Source: a virus
Lineage: Duplodnaviria > Caudoviricetes
Strand: one strand, 5' to 3'
Virus record (IMG/VR): IMGVR_UViG_3300025093_000022
Span: 1-61,312 of that record
DNA length: 61,312 nucleotides
Every line of letters begins with the position of its first letter. The stretch's first letter is position 1. This document shows, in pieces, positions 19,375 to 28,600 of this stretch. The notes beneath the pieces are model-generated. The model was given only the letters and a program-made list of their open reading frames with translations. It ran no database searches and was not told the origin of the DNA. The translations under genes were made by a program, and so were the position numbers.

Positions 19375-19618
19375 AGAGTTACATAGAAATAAAAAAGCTG
19401 AAAATGGTGTATTATATTACACTGATGAAAAAGTTTTTAAAGGTACTGATAAAGGTTATTTAGAAGATGTTACTGATATAAAGCTTTCTACTGAAGAAAC
19501 CAATAATTCTTTAGTTATTATAGAAGGTGATATTGAAGATAATAGTATTAGAATAACTAATTTAGAGAGCAATAAAGCTGATAAATGTCAGGCATTAGCT
19601 TGGTCAATTATATTTTAA
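19343..19618 (+). CDS. hypothetical protein
   Basis: Likely start is ATG 19343 (MARIYSL); short coiled coil with a hydrophobic C-terminus. Confidence 0.55.
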   Translation: MARIYSLTYLKELHRNKKAENGVLYYTDEKVFKGTDKGYLEDVTDIKLSTEETNNSLVIIEGDIEDNSIRITNLESNKADKCQALAWSIIF

Positions 19619-19999
19619 ATGGAAAAAGTTATATTAGATAGTGTTAATTATAATTTTGATGCTTCAGCTAAAACTATAACTTTTACTCAAAGTTATGGGA
19701 CTGTAGAATTAAATCATGTATTATTAATTACTAATGTTACAGATAACGTAATTATATATAACTTTGGATGTACTGGGTACGGCGGGTCAATGTCTGGTCT
19801 AACTTTAACTTTAGATTACGATACTACTAGTATGGCAGACACTGATGATTTGCAAGTAGTATTATATGTAGAGAGTACTGAAAATAGCTCTAATATGTTA
19901 AAAGAACTAGAGGTACAGTCTGAGACATTAAGTTGTCTACAAAACATATTAGAAGAATTAAAATTAAATAATAAATTAATTAAAGAAATTCTAAGATAA
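19619..19999 (+). CDS. structural hypothetical protein
   Basis: YNFDASAKTITF...LLITNVTDNVIIYNF...LTLDYDTTSM...DDLQV is a motif seen in phage tail-associated proteins. Confidence 0.55.
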   Translation: MEKVILDSVNYNFDASAKTITFTQSYGTVELNHVLLITNVTDNVIIYNFGCTGYGGSMSGLTLTLDYDTTSMADTDDLQVVLYVESTENSSNMLKELEVQSETLSCLQNILEELKLNNKLIKEILR

Positions 20000-20586
20000 T
20001 GGCAGAATATAAAATAAAAGACGGTACTGGTACCGGGGAAATGGCCAAAGTAAATGGTGATAATAGATTATATACCCAAGCAGTTACTACTACCGAAAAT
20101 GATGATGCTAATAAAAAAGGTGCAGCATATAATATAAATACCGGAGTTATTACTCTTACGGATTCAGCAGATACTGCAGTAATGTATCTAAAAAATGATG
20201 AAGAAAAGACTCTTCATATTACAGCTATTGCCATAGGACTAGGTCCCTCAACAGGTGGTACTGGAGGTATACCTAAAATTACTGTAGTTAGAAATCCAGC
20301 TAGTGCTAGTTTTAGTACAGATGTTGATATTAAAAGTAATAGAAATTACGGCTCTCAAAATGCTTTAACAGATGTTACTGCTTACAAAGGAGCAACAGGG
20401 GCTACCCTAACGGGAGGAGAAGATCATCTAATTTTCTTTCAAACATCTAGTGGTAGATTATTTGCTGCTATTGATGAGATTTTACCTAAAGGTAGTAGTA
20501 TTGGAGTTAAAATTGACCCACAACCAAGTAATACGTCTCAAGATGTTTACGTGGCTCTTATTTGTCACCAAGAAATACTTGAATAA
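19999..20586 (+). CDS. fibre/spike-like protein, paralog 1 (IKDGTG N-terminus)
   Basis: Shares its N-terminal motif and a C-terminal [LI]PKG..IG strand with the next gene. Confidence 0.6.
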   Translation: MAEYKIKDGTGTGEMAKVNGDNRLYTQAVTTTENDDANKKGAAYNINTGVITLTDSADTAVMYLKNDEEKTLHITAIAIGLGPSTGGTGGIPKITVVRNPASASFSTDVDIKSNRNYGSQNALTDVTAYKGATGATLTGGEDHLIFFQTSSGRLFAAIDEILPKGSSIGVKIDPQPSNTSQDVYVALICHQEILE

Positions 20587-20605
20587 TAAAAAATTATAAA
20601 AAATT

Positions 20606-21163
20606 ATGGAAACTACAATAAAAGATGGTACAGGTTCTCAACAAGAAGCACATGTTGATGGCTTTGGTAGATTACATGTTTTTTCAGTAACAGAACCAGA
20701 AGATAAACATATTGCTAGAGATGGTAAAACGTGGAGTTATTACTTTACTACCACTCCAGCAGGAGCCAATGATTATTTTTTCTATTTTGAAAATACTGGT
20801 GAAGAAATATATACTATCACAGACATTAGAATTATGTCTGCTTCTGCTGATACCATTAATGTGAATGGGGTTAGTGGAACACCTTCCTATACAGCTAGTG
20901 CAGATGTAGATGCTGTAAATAGAAATAGAGGATTAACTTCTATTTTACCTTCAGCTACTGCTAAAAAAGATACAGATACTACGGGACTAACCAATGATGG
21001 TACAATCTTTTTTATAAGATGCGATACTGCGAACGAAATGGAACATCTAAGAACATCTTCTAATATTCATATACCTAAAGGAGCAGCTATTGGATTACAA
21101 GCTGTTACAGGTACTGCTTTAATTACTTGTGTAGTATCAGTAAGTGTTCTCGAAGAACTTTAA
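20606..21163 (+). CDS. fibre/spike-like protein, paralog 2
   Basis: METTIKDGTGSQQEAHVDGFGRL; IPKGAAIG; ends EEL. Confidence 0.6.
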   Translation: METTIKDGTGSQQEAHVDGFGRLHVFSVTEPEDKHIARDGKTWSYYFTTTPAGANDYFFYFENTGEEIYTITDIRIMSASADTINVNGVSGTPSYTASADVDAVNRNRGLTSILPSATAKKDTDTTGLTNDGTIFFIRCDTANEMEHLRTSSNIHIPKGAAIGLQAVTGTALITCVVSVSVLEEL

Positions 21164-21167
21164 TTAA

Positions 21168-22262
21168 ATGGGACTAGAAACTAAAATAATAGATGGTGAA
21201 GGTTCCAAAAAAAGAGTAGGCTCTAAAACTACTGAAGAATTTGGTACTGGTTTAAAGGTATATACTTTTGAAGGTAATCCTCTTGGATTTCAAAGTGCTA
21301 CATTTATTAATGATACATACGGAGCAGCTTTAAATCAAGATGCTTCAGTAGGTGGTACACCTGACCAAGTACATAATGGGATTGATTCTGTTTTATGGAC
21401 AGCTGCAGCTACAGTTGGTACTTGGACTTTTAATTCTACAGCTCAAGCTAAAAGTGGTACTAATAGTATTGATGCTACAGCTACTGTAAATAATGATTTA
21501 GCAACAATATCTAAAGGGTCTTCTCTGACCATTGCTAATTATCAAGCTTTGACAGGTTGGATATACATAACCTCTTGGTCTACTAGCGGTACTAAAGATG
21601 TTCAAGTCGAAGGATATGTAGGAGCTACTGCAACTGTAGTAAGTTCAGTTTTAAATCTTAGTTCTTATATAGATACTACCTTATTTAATACTTGGCAAAA
21701 ATTTACAATACCCTTTGCAGATTTTTCTTTTACTTCAAGTACTTTGGACACAATTAGAATTAGAACAATTGATATTGGTGCCGGTGCGCCTCCTAATTAT
21801 TACTTAGATGATATTCAATTTGAAGAAACTGGAGGACCTATTATATTTACAGTAGGACCAGCCCCAGGTAAAAAGTGGAGAATAACTAGTTTAAATTACA
21901 TATTAGCTGATGCATATGCAGGTACTGTCACAAATGGAACAATGCCCTCTATACCATATACAGGTTTCTTAGGTGTAGGTAGTCTCACAAATGGTACCGT
22001 AATTAGAAGAATACAATACGGTGAAATAAGATTCTCAAATACTACAACAGATTTTATTGATTATATAAGTACTGCTGCTCCTAAAACTGTTATTAGCGGT
22101 AGTGACGGCACTAATACATGGGTACGTTTAGAAGCAAATTTTAAAGACCCTATTATATTTGATGGGGATAAGGGTGATAGATATGAATTAGTTATTAATG
22201 ATGATCTCTCTGGTTTGCTTTACTACAGAGCAGTCATTTCTTACTCAGAAGAACTAGAATAA
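21168..22262 (+). CDS. fibre/spike-like protein, paralog 3, with a carbohydrate-binding-like insert
   Basis: LETKIIDGEGS N-terminus; WQKFTIPFADF...YYLDDIQFE resembles galactose-binding-like CBMs; ends EELE. Confidence 0.55.
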   Translation: MGLETKIIDGEGSKKRVGSKTTEEFGTGLKVYTFEGNPLGFQSATFINDTYGAALNQDASVGGTPDQVHNGIDSVLWTAAATVGTWTFNSTAQAKSGTNSIDATATVNNDLATISKGSSLTIANYQALTGWIYITSWSTSGTKDVQVEGYVGATATVVSSVLNLSSYIDTTLFNTWQKFTIPFADFSFTSSTLDTIRIRTIDIGAGAPPNYYLDDIQFEETGGPIIFTVGPAPGKKWRITSLNYILADAYAGTVTNGTMPSIPYTGFLGVGSLTNGTVIRRIQYGEIRFSNTTTDFIDYISTAAPKTVISGSDGTNTWVRLEANFKDPIIFDGDKGDRYELVINDDLSGLLYYRAVISYSEELE

Positions 22263-22272
22263 AATATTAGTT

Positions 22273-22701
22273 ATGAAATTTTTATTATTGCTAATAGCCT
22301 TTATACCTACCACCATTTTAACGGTGATATGGTTGCCTATTAACATTTTTTATCATATATTTACATTTAAATGGAAAACAGGTTCTAAAAAAATAGGCCA
22401 ATATTTTTACCAAATGGCATTGTCCATAGATCAATTCGCTAACGTATCGTTACAAACCCCACTTAATTTTTTAATGATAAAAAGAGGTGTTTATGATTTT
22501 CATTTATTTGGAGATGAAGATGATACTATTTCTTATTGTATAGCAATGAACCAAGATAAAGATTCATTATCTAAATTTGGTAAATTTTGGGCATGGTTCT
22601 TAGATAAAGTTGATAGAGATCACTTATTAAAGACTATGAAAAATAAACGAAAAAGAGATTTAGAAGCCTGTAAGAGAATTAGTAAAATATACTTAAACTA
22701 A
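22273..22701 (+). CDS. membrane-associated phage protein (IDQxxN...GxxDxTIS family)
   Basis: N-terminal TM helix, then ALSIDQFANV, FGDEDDTISY and LDKVDRDH. Confidence 0.6.
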   Translation: MKFLLLLIAFIPTTILTVIWLPINIFYHIFTFKWKTGSKKIGQYFYQMALSIDQFANVSLQTPLNFLMIKRGVYDFHLFGDEDDTISYCIAMNQDKDSLSKFGKFWAWFLDKVDRDHLLKTMKNKRKRDLEACKRISKIYLN

Positions 22702-22702
22702 T

Positions 22703-23641
22703 ATGGTAAGTAAGAAGATAGAAGTCCTTGTAGAGAAGTTTTTAAAAAACAGAGTTTATTTAACAAATGGCGCAGGGTTCCTGGCTAAGAAATGGAAAGT
22801 TTCAAGAGCCGAGATCTATGAAGCTAGAGACGAAGCTAAAAGAAGATTAAAAGCCGAGCAGGCTGTAAAATGCAAAAGATTGTTCTTTGATATTGAAACC
22901 TCTCCAAATGTATGTTACGTTTGGGAAACAGGTTGGAAGAAAACAGTTCCACATAACACTATCATACAAGAAAGACAAATTATGTGTATTTCTTATAAGT
23001 GGTGGGGTGAGGATAAAGTTCACAACATCTGGTGGAAAGATCAAGATGATAGAAACGTTCTAGAAGAATTTTTACCTATTATCTTTTCTGCTGATGAAGT
23101 AGTAGCTCATAATGGTGATAGATTTGATATACCTATGATGTTAGGTAGAGCAGCCTTCCACAGATTAAAAGCCCCTACTAAATATAGAACGTTTGATACA
23201 TATAAGAAGATTAAAGCTCAATTCAAATTAAATAGTTATTCATTAGACTATTGTACTAGATTCTTTAATGTACGTGGTAAAATGGAAACTGGTGGATTTG
23301 ACTTATGGAAAGATATCTTACAAGATAGAGATAAGAAAAGACGTAAAGAGGCTAAAGAAAAAATGATTGAGTATTGTAATAGAGATGTTATAGCAATGGA
23401 AGATCTTTATAACACTATTCAACCATACACTAAAGCAGTTACTAATATGTCTGTTTTGCAAGGCGAATCTAAATGGGGGTGTCCTTCATGTGGTTCACAA
23501 GATGTGTCATATGCTAAACCTGATGTAACACCAAGAGGTATTATACAAAGACATATGGAATGTGATACTTGTGGTAACTACTACCACATATCAAGTAAGA
23601 CTTATTTTACTTGCAAAGAATATAAAAAGATACATGAGTAA
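22703..23641 (+). CDS. DEDDy/RNase H-like 3'-5' exonuclease with C-terminal Zn ribbon
   Basis: ExoI FFDIETS, ExoII HNGDRFD, ExoIII YCNRDV; CPSCG...CDTCG. Confidence 0.85.
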   Translation: MVSKKIEVLVEKFLKNRVYLTNGAGFLAKKWKVSRAEIYEARDEAKRRLKAEQAVKCKRLFFDIETSPNVCYVWETGWKKTVPHNTIIQERQIMCISYKWWGEDKVHNIWWKDQDDRNVLEEFLPIIFSADEVVAHNGDRFDIPMMLGRAAFHRLKAPTKYRTFDTYKKIKAQFKLNSYSLDYCTRFFNVRGKMETGGFDLWKDILQDRDKKRRKEAKEKMIEYCNRDVIAMEDLYNTIQPYTKAVTNMSVLQGESKWGCPSCGSQDVSYAKPDVTPRGIIQRHMECDTCGNYYHISSKTYFTCKEYKKIHE

Positions 23642-24342
23642 TGGTTACTTTAAATGAATTAATTTACGATTTATGGGAGATTGTCAGACCAAATATATCT
23701 GATGATGACCCCTTTGATAAAAGACAATTTGCCTTCTGGATTAAAAACCAGAGGGCTTTATGGCTTAGAAACGAGTTAAATAAAAATCGTACTATAGATG
23801 ATAATGTAATTCAAGATTTAGGTTGTGTTGAACTTGAAGTAGCAGATCGTGCCGATTGTTGTGAACTATCAGCTGGATGTAAAATACTTAGAACCAAACT
23901 AACAATACCTAATACAATTGAGTTGCATAATAAAACTGGACTTACTAGAGTAGCTCCAATTGATAAATTATCAGTACCATTTAGTTTTGTAGACTATGAA
24001 AGAGCTATATGGTCTGGAAATGGTAGATACAATTCTAGTCAAATTTTTGCATTTTTGTTAAATGATAGAATTTATCTTTCATCTAAGTCAAATGAAAGTC
24101 TTAAATATATTACACATATTAATGTGAGAGGTGTATTTGAAGATCCGACTGAAGCTGCTGTTTTTAGTCATTGTGATAATACACCTTGTTATACAGACGA
24201 TAGTGCTTATCCAGTTAATAGTTGGATGATTGATTATATGAAAGAGGCTATCTTAAAGTTAAATGTAGGTATGGCTTTACAAGCTGTAAATGATACTACA
24301 AATAACGCTAAACCAGATAATACAAATGAACCACAGCAATAG
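23641..24342 (+). CDS. tail ring/adaptor protein
   Basis: TLNELIYD, IKNQRALWL, IQDLGCVELE, CC...C.ILRT...IP, VRGVFEDP, C...D..YP pattern of crAss-like ring proteins. Confidence 0.7.
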   Translation: MVTLNELIYDLWEIVRPNISDDDPFDKRQFAFWIKNQRALWLRNELNKNRTIDDNVIQDLGCVELEVADRADCCELSAGCKILRTKLTIPNTIELHNKTGLTRVAPIDKLSVPFSFVDYERAIWSGNGRYNSSQIFAFLLNDRIYLSSKSNESLKYITHINVRGVFEDPTEAAVFSHCDNTPCYTDDSAYPVNSWMIDYMKEAILKLNVGMALQAVNDTTNNAKPDNTNEPQQ

Positions 24343-24901
24343 TTTAAATCCAGGTAGAAAACCTAATAGTAAAGGTAAGATACCAGTTCATGCTGGCTTA
24401 TCTGAGTTTTATAAGTTTTATAAAAATAGATATGCTGAGTCACCTCATGAAACAGTAGATTACCCCACCTATGCAAAGGTTATCAGAGCTATAAATAAGA
24501 GAATAGCGAAAGCTATTATTTATGAGGGCTTTGAATTAAGACTTCCTGGTAAACTAGGATACATTTCTATTATTAGAAAAAAACATAAATTAAAGACAAC
24601 AGAAGACGGAAGAGTTGATACTAGATATTTACCAGTAGATTTTCAAGCTACTAGAAAACTATGGAAAGAACTCTATCCAGATCTTACTTACGAAGAAATA
24701 TTAAAAATACCAAATAGAAAGAGAGTGTTTCAAAAGAACACTCACACTTCTGGTTTTATATTTAAATGGAATTACAATAAGTTTACATCAAATGCTGTAA
24801 ACAAATCTGTATACTTTTTTAAACCATCAAGAACAAATCAAAGAGAACTTGCTTCTTATATAAAATCAGAAGATTTTCAAAATCATTACTTTACAATATA
24901 A
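24326..24901 (+). CDS. IHF/HU-like DNA-binding protein (crAss-like tail module)
   Basis: Likely start is ATG 24326; basic; G..LRLPGKLGYISI, VDFQATRKLW, N.HT.G, Y.FKPSR.N.RELA. Confidence 0.7.
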   Translation: MNHSNSLNPGRKPNSKGKIPVHAGLSEFYKFYKNRYAESPHETVDYPTYAKVIRAINKRIAKAIIYEGFELRLPGKLGYISIIRKKHKLKTTEDGRVDTRYLPVDFQATRKLWKELYPDLTYEEILKIPNRKRVFQKNTHTSGFIFKWNYNKFTSNAVNKSVYFFKPSRTNQRELASYIKSEDFQNHYFTI

Positions 24902-24910
24902 ATATAAGTT

Positions 24911-25648
24911 ATGTACAATACAGGCAAACTAGTTAGTATAAAAAGAGTCGTTGAAAAAGTATATAGAGATTATCCTTTTACAGATATTCAATGGGCTGAT
25001 ATTATCGAGTGGATATCAGAGGGTATTAACTTATTAGGAGTAGCTCCTTCATATATTGATAAGGTTTCTAAAGAACTTACATTAGTTAATGGTAGAGCTG
25101 AGTTGCCTTGTGATATTATGTACATTAAAGGAGTAAGAGATTTTGAGACTCAAGAGGTATTAATTAGATCATTTGACCAGTTTCATTCATCTAATTATTT
25201 TAGATGTAGTGATGAACAAGTAGCTACACATGAAGATTATTGCCATCCTGTAAACACATATATAACAAACTCAAATTATATTTATACTAGCTATGATGAA
25301 GGTTCATTAGAAATATCCTATAAAGCTATGCCAACAGACGAAGATGGTTTGCCTATGATACCAGATGATGACAAATATATTAGAGCAATGGCTGCTTATG
25401 TAGCTGAACGAATTGTTACTAGACAATTTTATCAAGGTAAAGTAGCTGCTGGTATATTACAACATGTTGAGAGAGAAAGAGATTGGGCGTTTGGGTCTGC
25501 TAAAAATAAAATGGTTATTCCAGATGTTGACGGTATGGAAGCTTGGAAAAATGGTTTCTTAAGATTAATACCAAACTTTTCAGCACACTCAGCTTCATTT
25601 AAATTCCTATCACAACCATCTCAACAGAGAAATCATAACTCTTACTAA
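24911..25648 (+). CDS. tail tubular/ring protein (P22 gp4-like)
   Basis: GRAELPCD, ISYKAMPTDEDGLPMIPD; lies directly before the muzzle gene as in crAss-like phages. Confidence 0.75.
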   Translation: MYNTGKLVSIKRVVEKVYRDYPFTDIQWADIIEWISEGINLLGVAPSYIDKVSKELTLVNGRAELPCDIMYIKGVRDFETQEVLIRSFDQFHSSNYFRCSDEQVATHEDYCHPVNTYITNSNYIYTSYDEGSLEISYKAMPTDEDGLPMIPDDDKYIRAMAAYVAERIVTRQFYQGKVAAGILQHVERERDWAFGSAKNKMVIPDVDGMEAWKNGFLRLIPNFSAHSASFKFLSQPSQQRNHNSY

Positions 25649-25650
25649 TT

Positions 25651-28600
25651 ATGCAACATAAAGTAGGTTTTACAAAAGGTATTAATCAAGACCTAGCAAA
25701 AGACAAATACAGTAATCAAAATTACTTTACTGCTAATAATATAAAAGTTATTACTGGAGCCGGTATGTCCACTGGTTCTATTGAAAATGAAAAAGGTAAT
25801 AGTTTATTATTTCAATTCCCTACTGTAGGGGTTAGATATAAAGTTGCTAAAGGGGCTGCAGGTACTACTACTATTAACGGACAACTAGGTACTCTTCTAG
25901 GTAGTGAGACTATAGAGGAAGCTTATAATAAAATTATAGGTATTACGGGCGTACAAACATTAATTGATAACAGTCAACTATATATCTTTTATAATGATTT
26001 AGGAGTATTTATTCAAGTATTAGATACATCAGTTGCGGTAACTGGAAACGCTTACACAACTCAATCTGCAGCTACATCAGATATTTATATTTGTGGGTGG
26101 ACTAGATTAAATGAGTGGCTAATTGTATTTACTTCAGATAGTGAGACAAATGAACCGACCTCTGCTTTATGTCAAATATGGAAATTTAAATTTAAATCTG
26201 GCTCTAGAACTCAAATAGATGGTACACTTACTGCAACGCCTACAACATTAGAAACAACTGAACACCTTATATATAACGATAATCTTAATTACTCTACAGT
26301 AACTTACATTAGAGATGTTGTAGCTAATTATGAAACTAGTGCCAAAGGTAGAGTTTATTGGACAGATTATTTTAATGATGTTAGAGTAGCCAATGTATTA
26401 GATGATACATTAATGGAAACTAAACCTAATGATTTAAATCTAGTTGCTGAAGTTACATTCGGTAAGCCAATTATTACAGAGGTAGGTGACGGTAATTTAC
26501 CGTATGGGGCTACTTATCAATATTATTATAAATTACTAAGTTTAGATGGAAGAGAATCTATATTCTCACCAGGATCTGCTTTAATAGATGTTCAAGAGAA
26601 AAGATCTGACGATCCAGGTGTAGGTTATTTTGATTTAGATTCCTCGCCAGCAGGGTCTGGTAATGGCAAATCAGTTACAATAAATATTAATGACTTAGAT
26701 TCAGATTATGATGTTGTAGAGTTATATGCAGTTATCTACGAATCTTTAGATTCTCCTGTTATATATAAAGTAGATGATTACGCTATTTCTGGAGATAGTA
26801 TTACATTAGTACACTCTACTTTAGAGGGTAATATTAATATATCTAGAGCTGAGTTTATGGAAATAGGTACTCCATTTACATGTAAAACTTTAGAAGATAG
26901 GGATAAACAATTAGTAGCAGGTAATATTAAAGAAACTAAATTTGACCCTACATTTGATGCTAGAGCTTATAGATTTGACTCAGGTTCTACATTTGACCTA
27001 TTAGATTCTGAAGGTAATGTTGAGTATTCAGCTAAGACATCTTCTCAATATACAGATATAGCTGATGATGCTGACGCAGTTAATCCCACTAATGATGACA
27101 CTAACGCTACATATAATATAGACTCTGCTAATAAACAAATATATAAAGCAGATGGTTCTACTGTAGGAGGAGAAGGTCCCAACATATCTTATACCTTCGC
27201 TAGTGTTAATAAAGTAGGCTCCACAGGTTCTGACGCATTAAAAGACGATTCAGCTATTGATGAGGGTTATAATATAAATGACTCTAGGATTACTTGGTCT
27301 ATTGATAGTGGTATTGATAATTTAGATGGTACTAACATTGTGTTAGATCTAAATGGTGAGATGCGTAGCGAAAAATCAGTATTAGTTGATGCTAATTTTC
27401 AAGGCTACGCTAGGGGTGAGGTATATAGATTTGGTATAGTATTCTATTCTAAATCTGGACAACGTTCATATGTTAAATGGATAGGTGATATTAAAATGCC
27501 AGATCCATCTTACACTGATGGTACTAATGGTGATGACTATAGAATATCAGATGCAGCTAATCCAACTCATTGTGTTCCTGGGGATCAAACAGATACACAA
27601 ACGTATACATTTGATTTATATCCAGTATTTACTGTGGATATATCATCTATACAGTCAGATATTTCAGGTTTTGAAATAGTAAGAGTACAGCGAACTGCTC
27701 AAGATAGAACTAGACTAGGTACTGGTATTATACACAATTTAGTAGACTATGCTACAGGTGATGGTACTGCTTTAGGAGGGTCTGGACTACAAGCTAATTC
27801 TATATTAAGAACATATACTAACACTGCTGCTGGTAGTTTTTATGAAGGTAGTACTAATACAACTACAGCTTATACTAGTGCTGGTACTAGAGTTATTGGT
27901 TCTAAAGTAACCGTAGGTACAACCACTTATGGAGATAGTGCTACAGGTGGATCTGGAACTCCAAATACAACATTAATGTTACCAGATATACCTATCATGG
28001 TAGGTCATAGAAATTCTACATTTGGCGGAGTAACTGATACAGAGCTTAAGAGACTAAATGTATTTCATTCTCCATTAACAGAGTTTGATAATTATACTGG
28101 GTTTAAAGTACAAACTTCTACGGATTATATTAGAGAGTATGGTTACTATACAGTAAGTCCATTTATATATAATGATGATTTTCAAAATGGAAGTAAATCT
28201 TCTGCAGATTTTGATGATTTTGATATAGGTATATTATATAGAGCTAAACAATTTCATTCAGAGAGAAGTAATTCTAATACACCAAGATTCTTTGAATTAT
28301 CTGCCGGTAGAAAATTAGGTTTAGGGGAAGTTATATTTGATAGTACTGACGATTTATTAGATGATATTACTTTTCCAATTAGTATAACTAGTGGAGGCAA
28401 CACTCCAGATGTAGAAGCAATTAGTAATACATCTTTTACTTATTCAGATGGAGCAGCTGCTAAAATAGGAGTACCATTTGGTTTGGGGACTGCTAAATAC
28501 TTTTTAAATTTAAAGCAAACTGGCTCATGGACTTGGTCACAACCAGCTTCACAAATAAACTTTCATTCAGGATCTGTTGTTATAGGTAATAACTGGTCAG

